Shown here piece after piece: positions 39,285 through 52,200 of a stretch of DNA of 64,000 nt; the first letter of the stretch is position 1, and every line of letters starts with the position of its first letter. Below the pieces are notes generated by a model. The model was given only the letters and a program-made list of their open reading frames with translations, was not told the origin of the DNA and did not search any database. Source of the DNA: Squalus acanthias (taxonomy: Eukaryota). Both the position numbers and the translations under genes were made by a program. Where the stretch lies: contig CM059437.1 of assembly GCA_030390025.1 (NCBI GenBank), positions 31,312,001-31,376,000 of the forward strand, read 5' to 3'.

Positions 39285-40136
39285 GGGGGGAGAAATTCGG
39301 TATCGCCCTGTTTGGGGCGCAATTATCGGCCGGGCGCAAAATTTAGTGCCTGGCGCTAATTATCGCCTCTGACTGCAAACTTGGCTTCTATCGCCCCTGG
39401 AGGTGATTGGAGCGCTAAATCAGGCGCTACACACCTCTCTTATGGTGCTAACGCCGAGGAGCAAGGCGCTACCTCTGAGTGCTGGAGAAGCTCATGTGAT
39501 GTCAGTCAGCAATGGAACACAGACACAATGGTGCCAGCCAGTTCTTAAAGGGAAGGGTCGATCTTGCTCTCCAGCCACACCCTGCTCATTGCAGCCTTGA
39601 ATCTCGGCCTGGAGAGACCTGTACATCAATTCTGCTGGAAAGAACAATGGAGAGACCCAGGGAAAGAGCTCAGAGTGTAGCCCCCATAGCCTCTTCTAAA
39701 TCTATGCAAGGAAGGTCAAATCAAAATGAACCTGCAAAGTGATCCTTAGTACCCAAAACTCCTTCACACAGCGTTGAATCTCTCCAGAAGTCTGTCTCTC
39801 TCTCTCTCTCTCTCTCTCCGAATGCGTGGTGCAAAAATGTCGCCGACAAAAAAGGCAGGAAGCGGCCGCCTTTAAATAGCGTTCCCCAGTCCCTTCCTGA
39901 CTGCAAAACGTTCCCCTCTACCTGTCGTTGCTAGCGGCAGGCGGAAAGGCAGGGGGCGCCACTCAATAACCGGTCCGGGGCATTGCACGCTCGACTGACG
40001 TCACAATCTGCGGGCGGAGGAGATCGTGGCGGTAGTGTTTAGCGCCGCCGCAAAATGTCTGGTCAGTTTCGTGAGCAGCGCAAACACCCTCTTAGGGCGC
40101 TAACGGGAGGTGCTAATCAGCCGAATTTTTTCCCCC
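39285..40136. mobile_element. Harbinger-type non-autonomous element
   Basis: TIR gggggagaaattcgg / ccgaattttttccccc; interrupts L2; internal (CT)n. Confidence 0.75.
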
Positions 40137-41677
40137 TGGTTTAAAAAAAAATAAAAAAATTTCATCCTTGTTTTCAAATCTTTCGATGGCCTCTCCCCTT
40201 CCTATCTCTGTAACCTCCTCCAGCCCTACAGCCCTCTGAGCTCCTTAAATGCTGTCCTCTCTTGACCTCCACACCTGCCCATTTCCAGTAGAGCTGGCTG
40301 TATAACAATCAAGACCGGCGACTCTGGCAAATTTCCTGCCCCCCGCCCTCCATTTCCAGTGTCGCTGAAGCCTATTGTAGCGCTGTTGTCGCGGCCCTTG
40401 GCTGAGGCCAGCTAACCTGGCAGAGACAAGCAGTCAAACCTGAGACTTGTCTGGTTTTACAGCCCAGAGATGGAGATCTTGGTGGATATTTTGACTTTGT
40501 GCAAGAAACAGGGGACACCAAGTCAGCAGCCCTGTTTTACATCATTGAAATCACTGGAAAAAAAATCGGGAGATGTAAAACAGGCTGCCCATTCACCACA
40601 ACCCGTTATCTGAACTAGCGGGCATGCAAATAGGTTAATGCCTTCATTATAATAGCAGACGCTGGAGTGTCACTAGAACACTAACACAGCGCAAGTATTT
40701 TTCTATAATTGACAGGAAGCCATGTCCTGGCCAACATTTATCCCTCGACCAACATCACTAAAACAGCTGGTCATTTATCTTATTGCTGTGTTTGTGGTAC
40801 CTTGCTGTGCTCAAATTGGCTGCTGCGTTTCCCTATGTTACAACAGCAACTACACTTCAACAGGATCACGTTGGCTCTGAAGCGTTTTGGGATATTGTGA
40901 AAGGCACGATGCAAATACAAGTTCTCACAGAAAGAGACTATCAGGACTCACAGACCACACTGAAATTCCTGTGGGAAGTGGTTAATCTTTGCTGTGCATG
41001 TGGGCAGCTTCTACTAGCACCAGTCTAGGTTGGTCCTCTCTCATGCAGAGGTGAGCATTCCAACTCGAGCAATGAGCTGCATGTGGTCGGGCAAGGGAAG
41101 TAATTTTTACTGTAAATTAACCGTGAATAATAACCAGCTATGATGCAGCTATTTATAATTTAGCAGAATGGCATCACAGAATGTTTCCATTACTTTTTTT
41201 TATTAGCTTTTTGACAGTACACAGGAAGATATATTTAAAGCTACACAGGAACATTGTGGTACACGATCGATCAAGAGCTGGGAGCTCTAAATTTTACAGT
41301 ATTTATTCTGTTATGAACGCACAAAAAAAGAAGCTTGGCAAATGGAGGAAGGACGTGTGGTTTGTCTCAGATGCACATATATTGGATTAGTCAAGTGCAT
41401 CAGTGGCTCAATATCCTCAGCAACTCCCAAGGCTGCTTCAGATGGAAACAGTTAATTTGGGTCCTGATCTGTTATAGTATCAAATGGTTACGTATTTGAC
41501 TGCTAATGAATCAACCCTGGAAGATCAAACTTGCAGTGAGTGTATGACGATTATTAATCCTTCAGTGAAGCCATCAAGCATTAAACTGCATGGAATGTCC
41601 TTGCCACCAGTGTCCATCCTGGCTTCCAATGGCAGCAAACAACAAGAAACTAATGTAAAACTCTTCTCACTAATTGA

Positions 41678-42240
41678 GGTGTCAGCTGTAGCTCAGTGGG
41701 CAAATCGGAAGGTCGTGGGTTCAAGCCCAGATACTTGAGCCCCTAATCCAGGCTGACGCTCCCAAGTGCAGTGCTGAGGGAGTGCTGCATGTCGGTGGTG
41801 CCGTCTTTTGGATGAGCTGTTTAAACCAAGTAAAAGATCCCATGGCACTATTTTGACAAAGAGCATGGGAGTTCTGCCTGGGGGCCAGTATTTATCCCTT
41901 AACCGACCTCACCAAAGCAGATTATCTGGTCATTATCACATTGCTGTTCGCGGGATCTTGCTGTGCACAAATCTTCTGGTGCATTTTCAACATTACAATG
42001 GTGCCTACACTTCAAAATTGGCTGTAAAGCGCTGTGGGACGTCGTGGGCAACATTCCGTCTTAAGGTGCGTGGCAGCGCACCGATCCAGAGGGCCTGCGC
42101 AGGCCGCTCACCAGCTGTTGCCGCTGGTAAAGATACCGCGCATTTATATTTAAAGGGACCGCACATGAAAAAATTTAGTGGGAACATTGGTCGTGAGGTG
42201 ATGAAAAACGCTATATAAATGCAAGCTTTTTTTTCTTTCT
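41678..42240 (+). mobile_element. Deu-domain SINE with an inserted MITE
   Basis: Head gtagctcagtgg...gggttcaagccc; tail ctatataaatgcaag. Confidence 0.8.
42049..42189. mobile_element. hAT-type MITE, 141 bp
   Basis: Ends caacattcc / ggaacattg; 8-bp TSD gtcgtggg / gtcgtgag (one mismatch). Confidence 0.7.
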
Positions 42241-42335
42241 AACTCCACCATGTGTACTTGAAACAATAATGGACATGCATTACTGGGACGATTTGATTCC
42301 TAATATGTAGTGATGTTGTGAACAACTGAAATAGT

Positions 42336-43043
42336 GGGCCAGAAATTCGGCTCTCCGGCTTCCCACGGGTGCAAGGATCGCGCGCGTACTTACCTACCGC
42401 GCCTGCCGTTGTGCTTCGGGCCCGCGTGAAATTCGGCTCCTGGGCCTCCTGCAGCTGACGGCGCGCAGTGCTTGCGTATCCCAGGGGCGCAGTTAGTTCG
42501 AAGCGTCCCCTGGGATGACATGGGCCATGGAAGACCTGTCAAATCTACGAATAGAGATCACCCCCCAAAACCTCACTAAAACTTCAAATAAATAAAAAAA
42601 GAAATCACATTTTTAAAATAACTATAAATTACATAAATTAACTACTTTAAACAAAAATTTAAATTTTTGAAAAAATTAATTACACTTTTTAACGGTGCTA
42701 AAAATAAATTTACCTTTCTTTAAAGTATGTAAAAAAGATAAACCTGTTGAAAAAATGTTTAAATTGTAATTAATTCACCACTTACCTTGTTAAAAGCAGG
42801 TCTTGCGTCTCCTTTTTTCCTGCGCAGCTTCTCCGTACTTACCCTCACGGAGAAACCTGAAAAAAAAACGAAGTTCGCTGCGTGCGCGCTGCCTCTCCAG
42901 TGCATGTGTTCGACCTCTGAACCCCTTCCTTCAGGGGAACGGAAGTTCCGGTTTCCAATGCATGCGCGAAACCGGCACTTTCGTTGGGTCTACGGGTGAG
43001 TACACAGCGTGTACTCACCCGTGGAGACCCGAATTTCTGGCCC
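42336..43043. mobile_element. Harbinger-type non-autonomous element with AT-rich core
   Basis: Perfect 15-bp TIR gggccagaaattcgg / ccgaatttctggccc; TSD not clean. Confidence 0.8.
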
Positions 43044-43725
43044 GATATCTTTGGGCTAGCATTGCACTAGAAATAACATTCAGAGCAAACAGGTGTGAAG
43101 AGGAAATTATCCCCACATGTTTTGAGTACAAGTGTGGAGATGAAAACATCCCGATTGGTGAGCGACAGGTGAGAAAAGTAATTACCCCTACAAGCGAGGA
43201 GGAGATTGTCCCCACAGGTGAAGAGAGGACAGATTAGGGCAGGAAATCCTTCCTAAGGTGAGGAAAATAGGTGAGAAATCAAAATCATTCCCACAGTGAG
43301 GAGAGGATTGGGTTCAGTTGGAATTTAACTCTTTCCCCCCGCTGCCCCTTCACCAAAAGACCAAACAACCTGCCTCGGTTCATGGGTTAAGAACAGCCAT
43401 TTGGGAATGCACCATTAGCCAGTTGTAATCTCTCATCCCAGCGTGAGTCACACACATCTGGAGAGGAAAGGAAAAAAACTGAAGGGGATTTTTTTTTTAA
43501 AAAAGAAGCAATTTCCCATTGTCTGGGTGACAAGACAGTGATTGTGGCTCTGCTACCCAGCAACTATTTTTAGTGTAGCGTCTGAAGCGATGCAGACTGA
43601 ATGATGTTAGCCACTGCGGACATGATCATCACTCATAAGCCAGAGAGCCACTTTTATGGTGGGGGGGGGGGGGTGAAGCAACACTCAACTAGAGGGCAAA
43701 GCAATATACTGCGCGCAATCCGAAA

Positions 43726-43898
43726 TCAAAACAGAAAATGCTGGAAATACTCGGGCAGGTCAAGCAGCAGGAGAGAGAAACAGAGATAACGGACGCCAGT
43801 TCTGACAAAAGGTCATCGACCTGAAACGTTAACTGTGTTTCTCTCTCCGCAGATGCTGCCTGACCTGCAGAGCGTTTCCAGCATTTTCTGTTTCTATT
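43726..43898. mobile_element. Penelope-like hairpin with a minimal hammerhead motif (core G8 changed to A)
   Basis: Arms aaacagaaaatgctggaaa / tttccagcattttctgttt; cagtt-ctgacaa-a-aggtc-atc-gacct-gaaa-cgt-t-aactg at 43797-43835. Confidence 0.75.
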
Positions 43899-44589
43899 CA
43901 ACTCGAGGGACTTGCCAAATTCATTTGTAACACGACAAATCCCGTTTGTTTAAATGTTACCACCCGGCCAATTAACTCTTACCTGGAAGTTCCCTTTAAG
44001 AATGTATGAATGTGGCTACTTAGCCAACTATTACACCAGGTAAAGATTGTGAATAACAGGCGCGCCCCCCCCCCCACCCCCCCCTCCAAGACTGACTTGT
44101 GATATTCTACAATTCATAGTCGTCCAATTAAATCTATTATCATGGATCATTACCCTTTGTTTCCTATTATGTAGCCAATTAATTAGCTAATTTAGCATTT
44201 CCTCCTTTCTCAGGAGCTTTTCTTCTAATCTAGGGGTTCACTCAGCTCCACTTTCAGCAGACTTGGATACAATGTATAAACATTTGTAACGGACAGTACC
44301 ATAAATCACAACCCAAGGCTCAATGATAAATCTATGGCTCACAACAGATGCTCCTGCTGACTGACTCGGACAATTAGTGCGGTTGCAAGCAACTGCCTTT
44401 GGTTTGGGATTTGAGGGTCAGTACAATTACTGTTAATTTGCCAGTCGCACCTATTCATATCGTACACTTGCGCACCGGAAGAATCAGCTACGCACCATGC
44501 TACATTTGCTTCCCCGTCGTGGTTTCTGCCACTGTCTCCCCATCCTGAGTTTCCCCAATGCACGCACGCACGCACGCACACGCACACGC

Positions 44590-44835
44590 CCGACTCCACT
44601 GACTTGAGCACAAGATCTAGGCAGTATTGAGGGAGTCTTTCGGATAAGCAATTAATCCGAGGCCCCGTCTGCCCTCTCGGGTGGATGTAAAAGATCCCAT
44701 GGCACTATTTGAAAAAGAGCAGGGGGAGTTTTCCCTGGAGCCCTGGCCAATATCTATCCCTCAACCAACCTCACTAAAAAAACAGATTATCTGGCCATTA
44801 TCACATTGTTGTTTGTGGGACTTTGCTGTGCAGTT
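44590..44835 (+). mobile_element. Deu-domain SINE fragment preceded by a (CGCA)n microsatellite
   Basis: gaggccccgtctgccctctcgggtggatgtaaaagatcccatggc. Confidence 0.75.
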
Positions 44836-46407
44836 AAGCCCAGAGACATGAGCAAGAGCAGCTCTGCTCGGTCACAAGTGGGGCATTTGGACAGCAAGTC
44901 ACTACAGGCCTATTAGTGCAAGCAGCATATCTGCTTTTCGTAAAGGCGTATTGGTGTGGAGTTCTGGTTCTGGCCTTTTCTCTTTTAAGGCTGTCTTTAT
45001 AGCAGTCTTGGGCAGGTACAACAACTTGGCGCTTACGAACATATGAAATTGATGGGCAGGAAAAGATCAGCTGGTCCATCAAGCTGGCCCCACACACCTT
45101 GATGGCTGGAGAATCATTACTAAACAACGCTCTGCTTCCCCTCCCCTGCAGCCATGCAGGCTTCAAGCCCGCTTTCACCAATCGGCACCTTTTACATCCT
45201 TCCTTTTAATTATCATGGCAACGGGCATGTCATTGGGCTATTGCGCCCGAAGTGACATTGTTGCATCCTGGCTTAATTGCACAGGCGCAAGGTCAGCGAG
45301 CTATGAGGCAAAATACAAATGGCTTACAACAGCACTTCCCAGTGCCCTCGGCATCAACGCAGTGAGGTGTCTGGTCTAATTGTACACTAAGGAAAAGCCA
45401 AAAAAAAACTCCACCGTTCTGGATCGAGTCCAGGTCTCTGACAGCATACTGCTCTGCAGCAATTTCACAAGTGGTGCCTGTGCCTTTTTTTCTCAATATT
45501 TTGTTATCGTGACCAGCTCCGACTCCACTGCCGCCACTGCTTGTTGTCAAATTTCTGCAGTGACTCTGACCTTACACTAAACACTGAGGACCTACCGTTT
45601 CCACCCGAGTGCTCACAGGCCAAGCAGATGGTAATCTGTGCCATGTCTCAGGGCACCACTATCTTTTTATTATTACATGTGTCTGGACCGCTGTACCTAA
45701 ACAAAAAAAAAGAGATTTAGCCCCCTGCCTGGTGGAAATAGGCGCCCGATTTACACCCCGTCTGAATTTACTCCCTCGAAGTCGATGCAGAATGAAATCG
45801 GGCAGGGTGTAAAACGGGTTCTCGACCCGGACCCGCCCATTCCCACCAGGCCGGTGAGGTTAAGGTCGGGGCTGTATTTCTGCTGTACCCGACCTGTTAC
45901 AAGTGATAACATACACTTCTGTATTACAATCTAGAGAAACAGAAGGCTGTCTCTCTGTAAGAACACAGTGTTATGATGAATTTCTGCAAACTCATGAAAA
46001 AAGCATATCTGGCCTCCAGGCTCGACCTATGGGATTTTGTGGCTTAGAATAAGGTTTAACAGTGTTTCGCCTATGGAACTGAACTCAACACTCGTAGTAC
46101 TTCATTTTGAGACATTCAACAGGATAAAGTACAATATAAATGCAGGTGTTTTTTAATGCTTTACTTCTCTATTCTCCTCTAGTATGTGTTGTGTGGAATG
46201 CCAGAGGGAAAGGATACTGACTTAAAGTTCCTCCTGTTTGTCTATTGCTCTGTATACAAACCATCTGAAGCTCCTGTTGAGATTATTGCATTTCCTCTGG
46301 GGTATCCATTACTCTATACATAATCCATTCGAATCCCTCAATTCAAGTTAGTGCCTTCTGATAACTATTGGTGATCTATTGTTTTTCTCCCTATTTTTCT
46401 TCCCTCC

Positions 46408-49205
46408 TAGAATCCTAGAATGGTTACAGCACAGAAGGAGGCTATTCGGCCCATCGAGCCTGTGCCGGCTCTCTGCAAGAGCACTTCAGCTAGTCCCACT
46501 CCCCCGCGCTTTCCCCGTAGCCCTGCAATTTTTTTTACTTCAGGTACTTATCCAATTCCCTTTTGAAAGCCATGATTGAATCTGCCTCCACCACCTTTTC
46601 AGGCAGTGCATTCCAGATCCTAACCACTCGCTGCGTAAAAAAAAGTTTTTCTTCATGTTGCTTTTGGTTCTTTTGCCAATCACCTTAAATCTGTGTCCTC
46701 TGGTTCTCGACCCTTCCGCCAATGGGAACAGTTTCCCTCTATCTACTCTGTCTCGACCCCTCATGATTTTGAACACCACTATCCAAGCTCCTCTCAATCT
46801 TCTCTGCTCCAAGGAGAACAACCCCAACTTCTCCAGTCTATCCACGTAACTGAAGTCCCTCATCCCTGGAACCATTCTTGTAAATCTTTTCTGCACCCTC
46901 TCTAAGGCCTTCACATCCTTCTTAAAGTGTGGTGCCCAGAATTGGACACCTTACTCCAGTTGAGGCCGAACCAGTGTTTTATAAAGGTTCATCATAACTT
47001 CCTTGCTTTTGTAGTCAATGCCTCTGTTTATGAAGCCTAAGATCCTGTATGCTTTTTTAACCGCTTTCTCAACCTGCCCTGCCACCTTCAACGATTTGTG
47101 CACATATACCCCCAGGTCTCTCTGTTCATAAGAACATAAGAACATAAGAAATAGGAGCAGGAGTAGGCCAATTGGCCCCTCGAGCCTGCTCCGCCATTCA
47201 ATAAGATCATGGCTGATCTGATCCTAACCGCCAATCTACTATCACAGAACCATCTCCTGAACCTAACAGAATTGGACACACGAAATAGGAGCAGGATCAG
47301 GCTACACGGCCCCTGGGCCCGCTACGCTACCCACAGGGCCATGACCGATCCGAACCTAGACTCCTGTCCAAATTCCTGCCCGCTCCCCGTAACCCTTAAT
47401 TCCCTTTACTTCTAGGAAACTGTCTATTTCTGTTTTAAATTTATGTAATGATGTAGCTTCTACAGCTTTTTGGGGCAGCATATTCCATAGACCTACCACC
47501 CTCTGAGTGAAGTAGTTCCTTCTCATCTCAGTTTTGAAAGAGCAGCCCCTTATTCTAAGACTATGCCCCCTAGTTCTAGTTTCACCCATCATCGGGAACA
47601 TCCTCCCCGCATCCACCCGATCCAACCCCTTCACAATCTTCTGTTTCAATAAGATCGCCTCTCATTCTTCTGAACTCCAATGAGTAGAGTCCCAATCTAC
47701 CCAACCTCTCCTCATATGTCCATCCCCTCATCCCCGGGATTAACCGAGTGAACCTTCTTTGTACTGACTCGAGAGCAAGTATGTCTTTTCTTAAGTATGG
47801 ACACCAAAACTGTATGCAGTATTCCAGGTGTGGTCTCACCAATACCTTGTACAACTGAAGCAATACCTCCCTATTTTTATATTCTATCCCCCTAGCAATG
47901 AAAGCCAACATTCCATTGGCCTTCTTAATCACTTGCTGCACCTGCATACTAACCTTTTGAGTTTCGTGCACCAGGACCCCCAGATCCCTTTGTACTTCAG
48001 TACTTTCCAGTTTCTTGCCATTAAGATAATAACTTGCTCTACTATTTTTCCTGCCAAAGTGCATAACCTCACACTTTCCAGTATTGTATTCCATCTGCCA
48101 AATCTCTGCCCACTTACTTAGCCTGTCTATGTCCCCTTGCAGATTTTTTATGTCCTCCTCACTCACTACTTTCCCTCCCATCTTAGTATCATCTACAAAC
48201 TTTGATATGTTACACTCGGTCCCCTCCTCCAAATCGTTAATATAGATTGTAAAGAGTTGGGGACCCAGCACTGACCCCTGCGGAACACCACTAGTTACTG
48301 ATTGCCAGTCTGAGGATGAACCATTTATCCCAACTCTCTGCCTTCTGTTAGATAGCCAATCCTCTATCCATGCCAGAATATTACCCCCAATCCTGTGATT
48401 TTTTTATCTTAAGCAATAATCTTTTGTGTGGCACCTTGTCAAATGCCTTTTGGAAGTCTAAATAAACCACATCCACTGGTTCCCCTTTATCCACCCTGTA
48501 TGTTACTTCCTCAAAGAACTCCAGCAAATTTGTCAAACATGACTTCCCCTTCATAAAACCATGCTGACTTTGTCCTATTAAATTATGATTATCCAAATGT
48601 CCCATTACTGTCTCCTTAATAATGGACTCCAAAATTTTACCTACCACAGATGTTAGGCTAACCGGTCTATAGTTTCCAGCCTTCTGTCTACTGCCCTTTT
48701 TAAATAAGGGTGTTACATTACCAGTTTTCCAGTCTGCCGGGATCTTTGCTGAGTCCAGGGAGGTTTGGAAAATTATTACCAATGCATCTACAATCCCTAC
48801 TGCCACTTCCCTCAAGACCCTAGGATGTAAGCCATCAGGTCCAGGTGATTCATGCACCCTCTTTAGAATTGTACCCTTTAGTTTGTATTGCCTCTCCTTG
48901 TTCTTCCTACCAAAATGTATCACTTCGCACTTTTCTGTGTTAAATTTCATCTGCCACGTGTCCGCCCATTCCAGCAGCCTGTCTATGTCCTCTTGAAGTC
49001 TATCACTATCCTCCTCACTGTTCACTATACTTCCAAGTTTCGTGTCATCTGCAAATTTTGAGATTGTGCCCTATACACCCAAGTCTAAGTCATTAATATA
49101 TATCAAGAAAAGCAGTGGTCCTAGTACCGACGCCCAGGGGAACACCACTGTATACCTTCCTCCAGTCCGAAAAACAACCGTTCACCACTACTCTCTGTTT
49201 CCTGT
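46408..49205 (-). mobile_element. CR1 copy A (pieces 46408-47130, 48849-49205 and 52909-52946)
   Basis: Collinear with the 28433 element; KALERVQKRFTRMVPG, WQMKFNTEKCEV. Confidence 0.85.
47126..48848 (-). mobile_element. Young CR1 copy B (RT region) nested in copy A
   Basis: 229-aa ORF LGPQLFTIYINDL...SKFVDDTK...; SPGPDGLHPRVL at the 5' truncation; ttcat duplicated at the flanks. Confidence 0.9.
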
Positions 49206-52200
49206 CTAATATTTCACACTCCTCCTCCCTGATAGCAATGTCTGCTTTGCCCCTCTCCTTTGTGAAAACAGATGCAAAGTATTCATTAAGAACCCTACCG
49301 ACGTCTCCCGCCTCCACACACAGATTACCCTCATGATCTCTAATAGGCCCTACCCTTTCTTTAATTATCCTCTTACTCTTAATATATTTATAAAACATCT
49401 TTGGGTTTTCCTTGATTTTACTTGCCAAGAATTTTTCATGCTCTCTCTTTGCTTTCCTAATATCCTTTTTAATTGCACCCCTGCACTTTCTGTACTCCTC
49501 TAAAGATTCTGCAGTATTTAGCCCTCGGTATCTGTCATACGCCTCCCTTTTTTTCTTTATCCTACCCTGTATGTCCCTAGACATCCAGGGGCTCTAGATT
49601 TGTTAGTCCCACCTTTTTTCTTTAAGGGCACAGATTTGGTCTGAACCCTCCGGATCTCCTCCTTGAATGCCTCCCACTGCTCTGACACTGATTTACCTTC
49701 AAGTAGCTGTTTTCAGTCCACTAGGACTAAATCCCCTCTGAGCTTAGCAAAATTTGCTTTTCCCCAATTTAGAAATTTTATTCCTGGTCTATCCTTGTCC
49801 TTTTCCATAATTACCTTAAATCTAACTGAATTATGGTCACTAGCACCAAAATGCTTCCCCACTGATACACCTTCTACCTGCCCAGCTTCATTCCTTAAAA
49901 CTAAGTCCAGAACCTCCCCCTCCCTTGTTGGGCTTGCTACATACTGGCTAAAAAAGTTCTCCTGGATGTATTTTAGGAATTCCACACCCTCTATACCCTT
50001 CACACTAATTTTATCCCAGTTAATATTGGGGTAGTTGAAATCCCCTACTATTACTGCCCTATAGTTTTTGCACTTCTCAGAAATTTGTCGACATATTTGC
50101 TCTTCTATCTCCCTCTCACTGTTTGGGGGTCTGTAGTACACTCCCAGCAGTGTGATTGCCCCTTTTTTGTTTTTCAATTTGATGATCCCTCCAACATATC
50201 ATCCCTACTCACAGCTGTAATAGTTTCTGACATAATAAAGACTCACTACGCACTTGAACATAAAGCAAGGCTTTAATCAACTTGTAACAAAACATGGAGG
50301 TCTAGTTAGCAGTCACTAGCTTCCTGTTTCCAGATTGTCTCTGCCCAAGGTGGGCCCATGCCTGAGTATTTATACTCCCTGGACGGCGCCCCAGCTGGCC
50401 ACCCAGTAGTACTTCCTGAGTTGTTACTTGCGATTTATGACAGTTTCTTTATTCAATACCGCGACCCCCCCCCCTTTTTACCTCCCTCTCTATCGCATCT
50501 GAAAATCCTGTAACCAGGAATGTTGAGCTGCCATACCTGCTCCTCTTTCAGCCACGTCTCTGTAATAGCTATAATATCATAGTCCCAAGTATGTACCTGT
50601 GCCCTCAGCTCATCTGCCTTGTTCGCTATACTCCTTGCATTGAAGTATATACCATTTAGTACAGGCAAACCTCCTTGTTGACTACTATCTAGCCCTTGAT
50701 TCCTCTGTCCTTCCAATTTACTTTCTACGTTTTTGCTTTCCAATTCCAGTTTTTCTTCCCTCCCTACTGATTCTGTTCTTAGGTTCCTATCCCCCTGCCA
50801 AGCTAGTTTAAACCCTCCCCAACAGCACTAGCAAACCCCCCCCCCCCGCCCCCCCGTGAGGATATTGGTCCCAGCTCTGTTGAGATGCAATCCGTCTGGC
50901 TTGTACACGTCCCACCTCCCCCAGAAACGGTCCCAATGCCTCAGGAATCTAAAGCCCTCCCTCCTGCACCATCCTTCCAGCCACGCATTCATCTGCTCTA
51001 TCCTCCTATTTCTGGACTCACTAGCACATGGCACCGGGAGTAAGCTGGAGATTACTACCTTTTTGAGGTCCTGTTTTTTAATCTGACTCCTAGCTCCCTA
51101 AACTCTGCTTGCAGGACCTCATCCCTCTTTCTACCTATGTCATTGGTACCGATATGGACCACGACATCTGGCTGTTCACCCTCTCCTCCCCAGAATGCTC
51201 TGTAGCCGTTTAGTGACATCCTTGACCCTAAGCACCAGGGAGGCGACATACCATCCTGGAGTCAATTCTGCGGCCGCAGAAACGCCTGTCTGCTCCCCTC
51301 ACTATTGAATCCCCTACCACTATTGCTCTTCCACTATTTTTCCTCCCCCCCCCCCCCCACCCCCCCCCTGTGCAGTGGAGCCACCCGTGGTGCCGAGGAC
51401 TTGGCTCTGACTGCTCTCCTCAGAGGGACCATCGCCCCCACCAGTACTCCGAATAGAATACCGGTTGGAGAGCGAGATGCCCTCCGGGACCTCCTGCACT
51501 GCCTGCCTGGTCTTCTTCTGTCTGGTGGTCACCCACTTGCTCTCTGTCCGCTCTCTCTTAGGCTGCGGGGTGATCACCTCACTAAACGTGCTATCCACGT
51601 AGTTCTCAGCCTCGCGGATGCACCACAGTGACTCCAGTCACCGCTCAAGCTCCGTAAACCGTCGCTCGAGTCGTTGCAGCTGGTGACACTTACTGCACAT
51701 GTAGTCATCCATGCAACGCAAAGCGTCCATGACTTTCCACATGCCACAGGATGTGCACTCCGCTAGACTGAGCTGCCCTGCCATTCCTGTCATCCCTTTA
51801 TCTAACAGACTATTTAAAAGACTAAGAACTACCCTTTATTTAAAGACTAAGAACTAACTTAACAGAATAAGCTTTAAACTTAAAAAAAAAACACTCGCCC
51901 ACTACTCGCCAATCAGCTGCTTCCCTTGTGCTGACGTCACTTTTAATCTCTGATACGTCACTTTCGAATGTTGCCTGTTGAGGGCGGCTCTCGCTGCTGC
52001 CGCTGCCGGTGAGTCTGGGTCTCGCTCTCTCTCCCGCTCCTTACACTCCCCGCTGTCGCTCAGGCTCCTCCCAGGGCCACTCTCGCCGCTGCCGGTGAGT
52101 AGTAAGAAAGGAAGTATTAAGGGGTTTAGCAGCTTTAAAAGTGGATAAATCCCCAGGCCCGGATGAAATGTATCCCAGGCTGTTAAGCGAAGCAGAAGAG

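Larger units (their letters stand above)
36745..40260 (+). mobile_element. L2 LINE broken into four pieces by nested insertions
   Basis: Pieces at about 36745-36867 (WMSRNFLQLNIG), 38590-38670, 38976-39282 (AYFHLRKIA...TSRFNYSNALL) and 40140-40260. Confidence 0.8.

Noticed and set aside
47582..49025. Long ORFs (229 and 214 aa) as an intact RT gene or host gene
   Set aside because: These are CR1 ORF2 fragments; the 214-aa ORF is a chance fusion across a nested insertion junction, and the element is 5'-truncated and frameshifted.
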